The position numbers were made by a program, and so were the translations under genes. From Nitrospirota bacterium (GTDB lineage: Bacteria; Nitrospirota; Thermodesulfovibrionia; Thermodesulfovibrionales; JdFR-86), in the NCBI GenBank assembly GCA_963721805.1, contig CAVRJY010000002.1, positions 544,001-608,000 of the forward strand: 64,000 bases of DNA. Reading direction: 5' to 3'. The notes under the pieces are model-generated. The model made no database searches. It saw only the letters and a program-made list of their open reading frames with translations, and had not been told where the DNA came from. Of the stretch, positions 28,804 through 38,526 are shown one piece after another (the stretch's first letter is position 1; every line of letters starts with the position of its first letter).

Positions 28804-29670
28804 ATGACATTCCGCTGGGGGCGGCACTGCCTTGATTTCACCGGCCGCACCCTCGTAATGGGAGTTTTAAACGTGACCCCCGATTCGTTCTCGGACGGGG
28901 GTCTTTTTTACGCCAGCCGCGACGCTGCCATATCACATGCCATCCAGATGGCCGAAGACGGCGCGGACATCATCGACATAGGCGGCCTCTCGACCCGGCC
29001 CGGCTCCGAGCCTGTCTCGGTGCAGCAAGAGACAGACCGCGTAGCGCCCGTGATCGAGGCGCTCTCCAACCGCATTAACGTCCCGGTCTCGATAGACACC
29101 TACCGCTCCGAGGTCGCGCGCGCCGCGCTCGACGCGGGGGCCTCGATCGTAAACGACATAAGCGGACTGCGCTTCGACCCTGCGATGGCTGCGGCCGCCG
29201 CATCATACGGCGTGCCGGTCGTCGTCATGCACATAAAGGGAACCCCCAGAGACATGCAGCAGCACCCGGAATACGAGGCTCTCGTGCCGGAGGTGATGGA
29301 CTATCTTCGCGAGGGCATAAGGATAGCGGAGGAGGCCGGGATTACAAACATCATCATCGATCCGGGCATTGGATTTGGAAAGACATACGACCATAACCTG
29401 CAACTTCTGGCCTCGATAGGTGAATTTGTAAAACTCGGCTACCCGGTGCTGGCCGGGCCGTCGCGCAAGGCGTTCATCGGCGCGATCCTGGGCGGAATTC
29501 CGGCACAGGATCGCATCTGGGGCACAGCGGCCGCGGTCGCGGCCTGCGTGCTCGGAGGGGCGCATATCGTGCGCGTGCACGACGTGAAAGAGATGGCGCA
29601 GGTCGTGAAGGTTGCCTCGGCTATCAGGTCTAGCTCAATGCCTTCCCAAGCGAGCCCTCGGCCCGCTTAA
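28804..29670 (+). CDS. folP: Dihydropteroate synthase
   Basis: MGVLNVTPDSFSDGG, STRPG, DPGIGFGK, SRK, RVHDV. Confidence 0.95.
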   Translation: MTFRWGRHCLDFTGRTLVMGVLNVTPDSFSDGGLFYASRDAAISHAIQMAEDGADIIDIGGLSTRPGSEPVSVQQETDRVAPVIEALSNRINVPVSIDTYRSEVARAALDAGASIVNDISGLRFDPAMAAAAASYGVPVVVMHIKGTPRDMQQHPEYEALVPEVMDYLREGIRIAEEAGITNIIIDPGIGFGKTYDHNLQLLASIGEFVKLGYPVLAGPSRKAFIGAILGGIPAQDRIWGTAAAVAACVLGGAHIVRVHDVKEMAQVVKVASAIRSSSMPSQASPRPA

Positions 29671-30499
29671 GCAGTTCCTCCGCCTCGTCCTTATTTAGTC
29701 CTTTTACGCGCATCAAGGCCGCGAGCTTAGGCCTCATGCCCGAGGCCCTGAGCGAGTCCTCGGCCTCCTGCTCGGTGCAGCCGGTGATCTTCCGGATGAT
29801 TCCCAGGGCGCGCGCCACGAGCTTCGCGTTTGTGGGCGCGACGTCGACCATAAGCCCCTCGTGCACGCCTCCGAGGCGCACCATTGCGGCCGTGGATATC
29901 ATGTTAAGGACGATCTTCGTAGCGGTGCCTGCCTTGAGCCGCGTCGAGCCCGCGATGAGTTCGGCGCCGGTATTTAAAGATATCATGCCGCAGGTGAAGG
30001 GGTAGGGCTCGACCGTGGCGCATGTCAGGAGCCACGAGCGTGCGCCGCGAGCGTGCGCGGCCCTCAAAAAACCGAGGACGTAGGGCGTCCTGCCGCTTGC
30101 AGTTATCCCGACCGCCATGTCCCCGGGGCCGAGTGCAGAGCCCTCGGCCGCGCCCGCGCCTTCGTCGTCCTCGGCGCCCTCGACCGCGTGCTGGATCGCG
30201 CCCGGCCCGCCCGCGATATGCGCGCGGAAGCGGTCGCTAGAGAAAGTCGGCGGGATCTCCGAAGCGTCAAGCACGCCGAGCCGTCCGCTTGAGCCGGCCC
30301 CGGCGTAATGCACCCGGCCACCACTTCGGATCGCATCAATCGCGTCCGCAACCGCGCGGCCGATATCGGGGAGCGCCCTGCGAATGGCCGTAACCGAGGC
30401 GACCTCACCCGCGAGCATCAGGGCGAGGAGGTCAGCGACCGGCATCGATTCTATTTTATTGGAGCCCTCTCCGTGCGGCTCCCTGCGCTGCTCCGGCAT
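29630..30499 (-). CDS. murQ: N-acetylmuramic acid 6-phosphate etherase
   Basis: GAGSSGRLGVLDASEIPPTF, EGAED, ASGRTPYV, GSTRLKAGTATK, TNAKL. Confidence 0.93.
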   Translation of the reverse strand: MPEQRREPHGEGSNKIESMPVADLLALMLAGEVASVTAIRRALPDIGRAVADAIDAIRSGGRVHYAGAGSSGRLGVLDASEIPPTFSSDRFRAHIAGGPGAIQHAVEGAEDDEGAGAAEGSALGPGDMAVGITASGRTPYVLGFLRAAHARGARSWLLTCATVEPYPFTCGMISLNTGAELIAGSTRLKAGTATKIVLNMISTAAMVRLGGVHEGLMVDVAPTNAKLVARALGIIRKITGCTEQEAEDSLRASGMRPKLAALMRVKGLNKDEAEELLKRAEGSLGKALS

Positions 30500-30559
30500 A
30501 AGTTACGCCTTCCTCCTGTATTGCACCGGCCTGCTTTCTGCTATGATATTATAGTCAAA

Positions 30560-31279
30560 ATGAAAACATCCGCAAGCATACTGAGGGGCGCAGCCGCTGC
30601 GCTCGCGCTATTGGTCCTGGTTTCCTGTGCGACGGGGATGAGCATGCCGCACAAGGAGGCCGTCGCGCATTACAAGCTCGGCCTGTCCCACCTTAACGAC
30701 AACGACCTGCAAGGCGCCTTCGTCGAGTTCCAGAAGTCGCTGCGCCTCAATGACTATGACAAGGACGTCCATCAGGCGATAGGCGTCGTCTACCTGAGGC
30801 TCGAGGACACCGACAACGCCGAGAAGGAGTTCAAGCGGGCCATCTCCATAGACCCGGACTATTCCGAGGCGTACAACAACCTCTGTGTCATCCACTACAA
30901 AAAACTCGATTACGACGGCGCGATAGCGGATTGCAGGAAGGCCCTAGAAAACCAGCTTTACGCCACCCCGGAGAAGTCATACTACACGCTCGGGCGCATC
31001 TATTACCGCATGGGCAACTACAAGGACGCTATGGAGAACTTCATCCAGGCCTCGAGGCGCGCCCCGATGCTGCCGGACCCTTACTACGGCCTCGCGCTCG
31101 CTTACAACGCCAGCGGCAACTTCGGCAAGGCCTCCGAGGCCATAACGAGGGCCATCTCGATAGACGGCAGGTTCAGGGGCGATAAGGTCTTCGCGGATTC
31201 GGAGTTCCGCAAGCAGGTCCTGATGGGCGGCGATGACGCCCGGGACCTCAAAGACCTCATCGAGATACTTAAGTACTGA
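30560..31279 (+). CDS. TPR-repeat lipoprotein (PilF/PilW/Tgl-like pilotin candidate)
   Basis: Lipobox LVSC; TPRs (HYKLGLSHL, YSEAYNNLC, ALENQLYATPEKSYYTLG). Confidence 0.75.
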   Translation: MKTSASILRGAAAALALLVLVSCATGMSMPHKEAVAHYKLGLSHLNDNDLQGAFVEFQKSLRLNDYDKDVHQAIGVVYLRLEDTDNAEKEFKRAISIDPDYSEAYNNLCVIHYKKLDYDGAIADCRKALENQLYATPEKSYYTLGRIYYRMGNYKDAMENFIQASRRAPMLPDPYYGLALAYNASGNFGKASEAITRAISIDGRFRGDKVFADSEFRKQVLMGGDDARDLKDLIEILKY

Positions 31280-31665
31280 TGATCCCCGAGGCCGTCGAAG
31301 GTCTCATGAATAAGGCCGAGGGTGCGATGGAAATGGCCGTCGCGACATATTCCGGCCTGCGCGTCGGCGCTGCCCTGCTCTCTACGGACGGCCGCGTATT
31401 CACCGGCTGCAACATAGAGAACCCCTCCCTCATGCTCACCATCTGCGCCGAGCGCGTCGCGCTGTACAAGGCCCTGAGCGAGGGCGCACGCACGTTCAGC
31501 GCCATAGCGGTTGTGTGTTCCGAGGCCAGCCCGTGCCGGCCGTGCGGCACCTGCCGGCAGGCGCTCCATGAGTTCTGCCCCGGCATCGCCATATATCTGA
31601 GGACAGCCTCCGGCATAGTCAGGTACACGGATGGCGAACTGCTCCCGTATCCCTTCGACATATGA
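31279..31665 (+). CDS. cdd: Cytidine deaminase (homotetrameric type)
   Basis: VGAALL, TGCNIEN, CAER, PCGTCRQ, LLPYPF. Confidence 0.93.
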   Translation: MIPEAVEGLMNKAEGAMEMAVATYSGLRVGAALLSTDGRVFTGCNIENPSLMLTICAERVALYKALSEGARTFSAIAVVCSEASPCRPCGTCRQALHEFCPGIAIYLRTASGIVRYTDGELLPYPFDI

Positions 31666-33797
31666 TAGAAAAGCGCGATATAATCAGGAGCCTCAGAAAG
31701 CCGCTCCCGTTTGGGGAGCTGGCCCTTCAGCTCGGCCTGAAAAAACACGAGGGCAAGCAGCTTAAGAGGCTGCTCAGGCCGATGGTCGAGTCAGGCGAGA
31801 TAGTCAGAAACCGCAAGGGATACTACGGCCTGCCGGAGGAGATGGCGCTGGTGACAGGGTTTTTCGAGGCCCACCGCGAGGGGTTCGGTTTCGTGATCCT
31901 GGAGAAGGCCGGGGAGCGCGACGTCTTCATCCCAGCGCGCTCTACCTTGGGCGCTATGGACGGCGACCCGGTGGTGGCGCGCATCGAGAGCGCCGAAAAG
32001 AGGCACGGCAGCATCGTCCGCGTGCTGGAGCACACGCATAAGAGGCTGGCTGGCACATTGATGAAGGCCGGAGATACGCTCTTCGTTAGCCCGCGCGACA
32101 AGTCCATGTCCTTCGACGTGGTCGTCACGCGCCCGAAGGGCATCAAGGTCGAGGAGGGCGATATGGTCTCGGCCGAGATCATCGAGTACCCGGCCGACCA
32201 GCGCCCGGCCATCGGGCGGATACTCAAGAAGATCCCCGCACCCGACGCCCCGCTTTCGGAGATCGAATCCATCATCGACGAGTACGGCCTGCCCGGGCCG
32301 TTCCCCGCCGCTGTGCGCGCCGAGGCCAGGGCGCTTGCGCTCAAGGCCGAGACTGAGGCCGGGGCCAAGAGGCGCGACCTCACCGCCCTGCCGACCGTCA
32401 CGATCGACGGCGAGCGGGCGCGGGACTTCGACGACGCGATATCCATAGACCTGAGCCCGCACGGCTATACGCTCTGGGTGCATATCGCGGACGTCGGGCA
32501 TTACGTCCCCTGGGGCAGCGTGATAGACACCGAGGCCCGCCAGCGAGGCACGAGCGTGTATTTTCCGGACCGTGTGATCCCTATGCTGCCCAAGGAACTC
32601 TCCGAAGACCTGTGCAGCCTCAAGCCCAAGGTGAAACGCGCCGCGTATACGGTGCGCATGGAGTTCGACCGCACCGGTGCGGTGGGCGATACGGAGTTCT
32701 TCCCGAGCCTGATCGTGAGCAACGAGCGGATGACGTACACGTCAGTCCGAAAGATACTCGTCGACCAGGACGCCGGCGAGCGCGAGCGCTATAGGGAGCT
32801 GCTCCGGGAGTTCGAGCTTATGGACGAACTGGCGGGGCTGATCAGGCAGCGCAGGATGGCGCGCGGCTCGCTGGACTTCGACCTGCCCGAGCCCGAGGTG
32901 CTGCTGGACATCCAGGGCCGTCCCGAGGCGATCATCAAGTCAGAGCGCAACCTCGCCCACATGATCATCGAGGAGTTCATGATAGCGGCCAACGAGGCGG
33001 TGGCCGAGCACCTGACCGCACTCGGTCTGCCCGCGCTATACAGGATACACGAGCCCCCGGACCCCAGGAAGGTAGAGGAGGCGCTAAGGGTGCTCAGGCC
33101 CTCGGCCGCGACCAAGCGGCGCGCCGATGCGTCGGCGCTGAGAGCAGCGCTTAAGCAGACCCAGGGCACCGCGTTCGCCGAGGCCGCATCGTATATTGTG
33201 CTTAGGACGCTCAAACAGGCTAGGTATTCGACCGAGAACGCCGGGCACTTCGGCCTCGCCTCAAAGTGCTACCTGCACTTCACCTCCCCTATCAGGCGCT
33301 ACCCTGATCTCGTCGTGCACAGGGTCTTGCGCGAGGCGCTCGGCCACAGGGGCAAGCTCTCGGACGAGCGCCGGGCGGAACTGATGGGCTCGCTTCGGGA
33401 GATCGCGCTTCAGAGCTCGCGCGCCGAGCGCGTGGCCGAGAAGGCAGAGCGCGAGGTCATAGCCGCGATGCGCGTCTGGTTCATGGCGGGCCGCGTTGGC
33501 GAGAGCTTCGACGGCGCGGTCGTCGGCGTCTCGACGCAGGGCATACGCGTCAGGCTCGACGAGTGCTATGTCGACGGGTTCCTGCACGTCTCGTCCCTCA
33601 ATGACGACTACTACGCGTACGACGAGCGCTCGGTGCTGCTCAGGGGCAAGCGCACCAACAGGACATTCGGGCTGGGGCAGGCCGTGAGGGTGAGGCTCGA
33701 GAGGGTGGACCGCGCCGAGCGCGAGCTGCTCTTCGCTCTCGTGGTCGAGGCGAGGAAGGCCCCGGTCAGGCCTGGCCGTTTAAGACGGCGTGGATGA
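31662..33797 (+). CDS. rnr: Ribonuclease R
   Basis: HREGFGFV cold-shock domain, TIDGERARDFDDA, HIADV, HFTSPIRRYPDL, C-terminal S1. Confidence 0.94.
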   Translation: MIEKRDIIRSLRKPLPFGELALQLGLKKHEGKQLKRLLRPMVESGEIVRNRKGYYGLPEEMALVTGFFEAHREGFGFVILEKAGERDVFIPARSTLGAMDGDPVVARIESAEKRHGSIVRVLEHTHKRLAGTLMKAGDTLFVSPRDKSMSFDVVVTRPKGIKVEEGDMVSAEIIEYPADQRPAIGRILKKIPAPDAPLSEIESIIDEYGLPGPFPAAVRAEARALALKAETEAGAKRRDLTALPTVTIDGERARDFDDAISIDLSPHGYTLWVHIADVGHYVPWGSVIDTEARQRGTSVYFPDRVIPMLPKELSEDLCSLKPKVKRAAYTVRMEFDRTGAVGDTEFFPSLIVSNERMTYTSVRKILVDQDAGERERYRELLREFELMDELAGLIRQRRMARGSLDFDLPEPEVLLDIQGRPEAIIKSERNLAHMIIEEFMIAANEAVAEHLTALGLPALYRIHEPPDPRKVEEALRVLRPSAATKRRADASALRAALKQTQGTAFAEAASYIVLRTLKQARYSTENAGHFGLASKCYLHFTSPIRRYPDLVVHRVLREALGHRGKLSDERRAELMGSLREIALQSSRAERVAEKAEREVIAAMRVWFMAGRVGESFDGAVVGVSTQGIRVRLDECYVDGFLHVSSLNDDYYAYDERSVLLRGKRTNRTFGLGQAVRVRLERVDRAERELLFALVVEARKAPVRPGRLRRRG

Positions 33798-36762
33798 CCC
33801 GGCTTAATTCCTCGATCCTGTAGGGCTTGCTTATCATAGCGGCGAAGCCGAATTTTTTGTGGTCGCTCATCACCGGGTCGTTGGAGTAGCCGCTTGAGAC
33901 CACGGCCTTGACGAACATGTCGAGTTCGCGCAGCCTCGCCATGGCCTCCATGCCGCCCATGCCGCCGGGGATCGTGAGGTCCATGACCACGACGTCGAAT
34001 CTCTTCCCCTCGCGCAGGGCCTGCTTGTACTGTTCGATGCAGGCCTCGCCGTCCTCTGCGAAGCTCACCTCATAGCCCAGGAATTTCAGGGCCTCGCCCA
34101 GCGACTCCCTGATGCCCATGTCGTCGTCCATCACGAGCAGCCGCCCGGTGCCGTGCATGACCTTCTGCGCGGCCGGTTTCGCCGGTATGGCCTTGGAGTC
34201 GGTGGCGGGCAGAAAAAAGGTGAACGTCGCCCCGTCGCCCTCGGCCGAGCGGGCAACGATATGGCCATCGTGCTTTTTTATGATCGAATAGGTCGATGCG
34301 AGGCCGAGCCCGCTGCCGCCGGGTTTGGTCGTGAAGTAGGGGTCGAAGATGTGCGGCAGGTTTGCCTCGGATATGCCGGTGCCCTGGTCCCGGACCGAGA
34401 CCTTGACGTAGCGTCCGGCCGGAAGCGGCGGGACCTCGCCAGCTTTGAGCGTGGCGTTTTCGGCCGAGATCGCGATGCTGCCGCCCTTGGGCATGGCCTG
34501 GCTCGCGTTGATGATCAGGTTGTTGATGACCTGGCTGATCTGGCCCTCGTCGATGTCCACGTGCCACAGGTCGTCGGCGAAGCGGTTGATGCACCTGACG
34601 TTGGAGCCCCTGAGGGCGAACTCCGAGGAATCGCTGATGAGGTCCGAGATCGAGGCGGTCGTCTTTACGGGCGAGCCGCTTTTTGAGAACGTAAGGAGCT
34701 GCTGCGTGAGGTCGCGCGCGCGGAGCGCGGCCTTCTCGGCGGTGACCATGCGGCGGTGGACGTCCGAGCCCGAGTCGGTCGAGAGCTTGGCCAGCGATAT
34801 GCTGCTGAGGATCGAGGTGAGGATGTTGTTGAAGTCGTGCGCGAGGCCTCCGGCCACTATCGCCATGGATTCGAGCCTCTGGGCCTTCAGGAGTTCCTCC
34901 TCGGCGCGCTTGCGCTCGACCATCTCGCGCTGAAGGCTCAGGTTGGCGTCCCTGAGTTCGGCCGTGCGTTCGTCTACGAGCGACGCGAGCCGCTCGCGGT
35001 GCTGCCTGAGTTCGTCCTCGTCCGCCTTGCGGTCGGTGATGTCGGTGGCGACCGTAAGCCTCACGAGCTTCTCGTCGACCCACCGGATGGCGCGGTCGTG
35101 GACGTCGAGCCAGCGGCCGGTCTTCTTGTTGAACTGCTCCCACTGGTGGACTCCGGTCGGGTTACCGTCGGCGTCGATCAGGAACTGGTTTGTGCAGAAA
35201 TCGCACGGGCTGTTCTTGCCCTCCTGGAGCACGTCCCAGCACCTGGCCCCAATGGGCTCGCCGCCGCCGAAGTGCTCACGGAGGTATTTGTTCGCGAAGA
35301 GCAGCTCGCCGGTATGCATGTCGGCCACGTATACGACCGCATCGAGGCTGTCCATGACCGCCATAAAACGCTCGTGGGAGCGCTGGATCGCGAGGGCGTC
35401 CCTGCGGCGCTCGATCTGCTGAGCGAGCTGGTTTGCGATCAGCTGCAGGGTGACGGACTTGTGCTGGATGTCGCGGTGCGCGGTGTCGGCCACCGCGATC
35501 TGGCCGTACGTGGCGGACCTGGTCATCACGGGGACGCTTATGTATACGTCCGCACCGAGCGCCTTGAGGGCCGCAAGCGACGGGTCGTCGCTTTGCTGGA
35601 TCTTCTGCAGCAGCAGGGGCGAGCCGTCTTCGGGCATGGGCGGCAGAGTGTCCGGGAAGACGGACCCCGCGGTGATGGACTCGTAGCGCCCCGCGTATTC
35701 GCCGTCATCCGAGGCGTTGGAGTTTATGTCTATGGCTACGAACGGGAAATGGATCTTTTTCGAGAGTTCCTCAGGCAGCTGGCCGAACGTGGTGTGGATG
35801 TCGCCGGCCGAGAGCAGCAGCTGAGTGACTGTGTTGATGGCGTCCTTGGCCTCCTCGGCCTTGACCTGCGCCTTGCGGCTCCGAAGCGAGGTGAGCCAGT
35901 GAGAGAGGCTGTTTGAGAGTTCCACCAGTAGGTCGAACTCCGCCTGTTCGAAGCGCGAGGGGCTGGAGCACAGCAGCGTCAGGGCACCGACCGGCGCGCG
36001 GTCGACCGTAACGGGCAGCGCGAGCGCCGAGCCGAACCCGAGCTTGTTATATGGCGAGAGCGAGACGCTGGTCTCTGACTGGTTCAGGGCAATGGGCATG
36101 CCGCTTCGGAGCACCGCGGCGGTCGGCCCGAGCATCTCGTCGATACTGGGCGAGGCGCCGAGGGAGGCGATGTACCCGTTGTCCTCGCCGGCCATGGCCA
36201 TAGGGATGATCGCGCCGCTGGATTCCTCGTCCCTGTAGCAGACCCATGCGAAGTCGTAGTCGCCGTGCTCGACGACTATGCGGCAGAGGTCTCCGAGCAG
36301 CGTCTGCTCGTCGGAGGCGTGCATGAGCGCTGTGCCGCATTCGTTCATGGTCTTGAGGGTCTTGTTAATGCGCTTGAGCTCGTCCTCGGTGCGTTTTTTG
36401 TACAGCGCCATCTGGATCGTGAAGCGCAGTTCCCTGTTCTCGAAGGGCTTGATCAGATAGCCGAACGGGTCTATGTCGCCGATGCTCTCAAGGATGCTTT
36501 CAGTCGCGTATGCGGTCAGGAATACGACCGGGATGCCGAGCTCCATGCGTATGGTCCGCGCGGCCTCGATGCCGTTGATGTCGCCCTCCAGCACGATGTC
36601 CATCAGGACGATATCGGGGGAGGACGTGCGCGCGGCCATGATGGCCCCCTGGCCGGAGGACTCGATGCCGACCACCTCGTAGCCCAGGCCGCCGAGGGCG
36701 TCGGAGAGGTCGTCCGCGATCAGGCTTTCGTCTTCGACAATGAGTATGCGTGTTCTGGCCAT
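33766..36762 (-). CDS. Hybrid histidine kinase REC-GAF-GAF-PAS-HisKA-HATPase-REC
   Basis: N-terminal ILIVEDE..MDI receiver; AHDFNNIL, QVINNL, DQGTG, FDPYFTTK, GSGLGL; C-terminal LVMDDD..MDLTIPGG. Confidence 0.9.
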   Translation of the reverse strand: MARTRILIVEDESLIADDLSDALGGLGYEVVGIESSGQGAIMAARTSSPDIVLMDIVLEGDINGIEAARTIRMELGIPVVFLTAYATESILESIGDIDPFGYLIKPFENRELRFTIQMALYKKRTEDELKRINKTLKTMNECGTALMHASDEQTLLGDLCRIVVEHGDYDFAWVCYRDEESSGAIIPMAMAGEDNGYIASLGASPSIDEMLGPTAAVLRSGMPIALNQSETSVSLSPYNKLGFGSALALPVTVDRAPVGALTLLCSSPSRFEQAEFDLLVELSNSLSHWLTSLRSRKAQVKAEEAKDAINTVTQLLLSAGDIHTTFGQLPEELSKKIHFPFVAIDINSNASDDGEYAGRYESITAGSVFPDTLPPMPEDGSPLLLQKIQQSDDPSLAALKALGADVYISVPVMTRSATYGQIAVADTAHRDIQHKSVTLQLIANQLAQQIERRRDALAIQRSHERFMAVMDSLDAVVYVADMHTGELLFANKYLREHFGGGEPIGARCWDVLQEGKNSPCDFCTNQFLIDADGNPTGVHQWEQFNKKTGRWLDVHDRAIRWVDEKLVRLTVATDITDRKADEDELRQHRERLASLVDERTAELRDANLSLQREMVERKRAEEELLKAQRLESMAIVAGGLAHDFNNILTSILSSISLAKLSTDSGSDVHRRMVTAEKAALRARDLTQQLLTFSKSGSPVKTTASISDLISDSSEFALRGSNVRCINRFADDLWHVDIDEGQISQVINNLIINASQAMPKGGSIAISAENATLKAGEVPPLPAGRYVKVSVRDQGTGISEANLPHIFDPYFTTKPGGSGLGLASTYSIIKKHDGHIVARSAEGDGATFTFFLPATDSKAIPAKPAAQKVMHGTGRLLVMDDDMGIRESLGEALKFLGYEVSFAEDGEACIEQYKQALREGKRFDVVVMDLTIPGGMGGMEAMARLRELDMFVKAVVSSGYSNDPVMSDHKKFGFAAMISKPYRIEELSRVIHAVLNGQA

Positions 36763-36829
36763 TGAGATTTACATTGTACTATAAAGAATTGCCACTTGTA
36801 ACTATCAGGGATATTCGATAGAATATTAC

Positions 36830-37051
36830 ATGTCACGCGACAAGGTCGAGGCCGCGCTCGCAAAAGTCAGAGAAGGGCTCAAGGCCGAGGGCGGCGATAT
36901 CGAACTCGTGGATTACCGCGACGGGACGGTATACGTGCGCATGAAGGGCGCGTGCGGCACGTGTCCGATGTCGCAGCTAACGCTCACCAACTGGGTCGAG
37001 ACAACGTTAAAAAGCGAACTCCCGGAGGTCGTAGCGGTGAAGGCGGTCTGA
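36830..37051 (+). CDS. NifU C-terminal (Nfu) Fe-S scaffold/carrier
   Basis: EGGDIELV..GACGTCPMSQLTL. Confidence 0.9.
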   Translation: MSRDKVEAALAKVREGLKAEGGDIELVDYRDGTVYVRMKGACGTCPMSQLTLTNWVETTLKSELPEVVAVKAV

Positions 37052-38526
37052 TGCGGCGCTCAGGGTTGGGGCTCATATTGTGCGCCCTTGCGATAGGGCT
37101 GTTATCGCTGCCCGCTTTATCGTTAGCGTCAGAGCCCGCTGGCAGGTATAAGGTCTCGGACATCCGGCTTCACAGAGGGGGCGGCGTTTCTACGCGCGTC
37201 GAGGTGGTCTTAAACGGTATCCCGCAATACAAGGTCAGGGTCCTCGGGGAGCCGGACCGCTTATTTTTGGACCTCGACTCCACCGCGCTTGGCTCGTTCG
37301 ACGGCAAATACCTGCAAGTCAAAGAAAACGGCATCATAAGGCGTATCCGCGCCGCACAGTTTTCCTCCGCCACGGCTCGGATAGTCCTGGACCTTTACGC
37401 CAAATCCGAATACACGGTCTCTGCCGCGCAGAACCCCCCAAGGCTGCTTATCGAGCTTAAGGCCGCATCCACCTCCAAGGCCGAGCTTCAAGTCAAACAG
37501 AGCCTTGTCGCCGCCAGGATGAAACAGCCCGTGGCGGCCGATGCCCACGCGAAGGCTGAGGCGGTCGCGAAGATCGCGGCCGATGCGGCAGCCAAGGCAG
37601 TGGCCCCCTCCATATCAGAGTCTCCGAAGCAGCCGAAGCAGCCGCTATCAGTCTCTGCCAAGGCCGAGATCCCCTCTGTACCAGAGTCTCCCAAGGCAGC
37701 TTTAGCCGAGGCGCCGGCGATGCCTGCCCATGATACCGCGCCGAAGCTTGAGGCCCCGTTGGCAGCCGAGCCGTTTAAGCAGCCGAAGGCAGCGCTGGCG
37801 AAGGCGGATGCCCCGCATATCAGGAGCATCGTGATCGACCCCGGCCACGGAGGGCACGATTCAGGCGCACTAGGCCCCGGCGGGCTTATGGAGAAAGACG
37901 TGGTGCTAGAGATCGCAAAGGACCTCAAGGCCAGCCTCGAGGCAACCGGCGGATACAAGGTTTACCTTACGCGCTCGACTGACGTATTCCTCACGCTCGA
38001 GGAGCGCACGGCGTATGCCAACCGCAGGGGCGCGGACCTCTTCGTCTCCGTGCACGCAAATGCGGACAAGGCCAAGCGCGGCCACGGCGTCGAGACCTAT
38101 CTGCTCAACTGGACCGACGACGAGGAGTCGATGAAGGTCGCGTCGAGGGAAAACCGGATCTCGATAGCGAGGATGAAAAAGAGGCGAAGCGCGGTAGACC
38201 AGATACTGGATTCGCTGGCGACCCAGAACAAGCGCGACGAGTCGCTGATGCTCGCCCACCTAGTGCAGGACTCCATCATCGGCTCGGCCTCGCGGGACTA
38301 TGACGGGGTGCTGAGCCTTGGCGTCAAGCAGGCTTTTTTCTATGTGCTCATTGGCGCGAAGATGCCCTCGATACTGGTCGAGACCTCGTTCATATCAAAC
38401 AGCATGGAGGCGAAGCGCCTTGCCTCGGCAAAGTACCGGGCGGCAATCGCCGACGGCATCTCAAGCGGAATCAACTCGTACTTCGCCGGTCCCGTCCCGG
38501 CCCGGACCACCATTGCCAGAAAGTAA
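37051..38526 (+). CDS. AMIN-domain N-acetylmuramoyl-L-alanine amidase (AmiC-like)
   Basis: Signal peptide, AMIN (PDRLFLDL, RIRAAQF..RIVLDL), Ala/Pro/Lys linker, IDPGHGGHD, EKD, SVHAN, PSILVE. Confidence 0.88.
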   Translation: MRRSGLGLILCALAIGLLSLPALSLASEPAGRYKVSDIRLHRGGGVSTRVEVVLNGIPQYKVRVLGEPDRLFLDLDSTALGSFDGKYLQVKENGIIRRIRAAQFSSATARIVLDLYAKSEYTVSAAQNPPRLLIELKAASTSKAELQVKQSLVAARMKQPVAADAHAKAEAVAKIAADAAAKAVAPSISESPKQPKQPLSVSAKAEIPSVPESPKAALAEAPAMPAHDTAPKLEAPLAAEPFKQPKAALAKADAPHIRSIVIDPGHGGHDSGALGPGGLMEKDVVLEIAKDLKASLEATGGYKVYLTRSTDVFLTLEERTAYANRRGADLFVSVHANADKAKRGHGVETYLLNWTDDEESMKVASRENRISIARMKKRRSAVDQILDSLATQNKRDESLMLAHLVQDSIIGSASRDYDGVLSLGVKQAFFYVLIGAKMPSILVETSFISNSMEAKRLASAKYRAAIADGISSGINSYFAGPVPARTTIARK

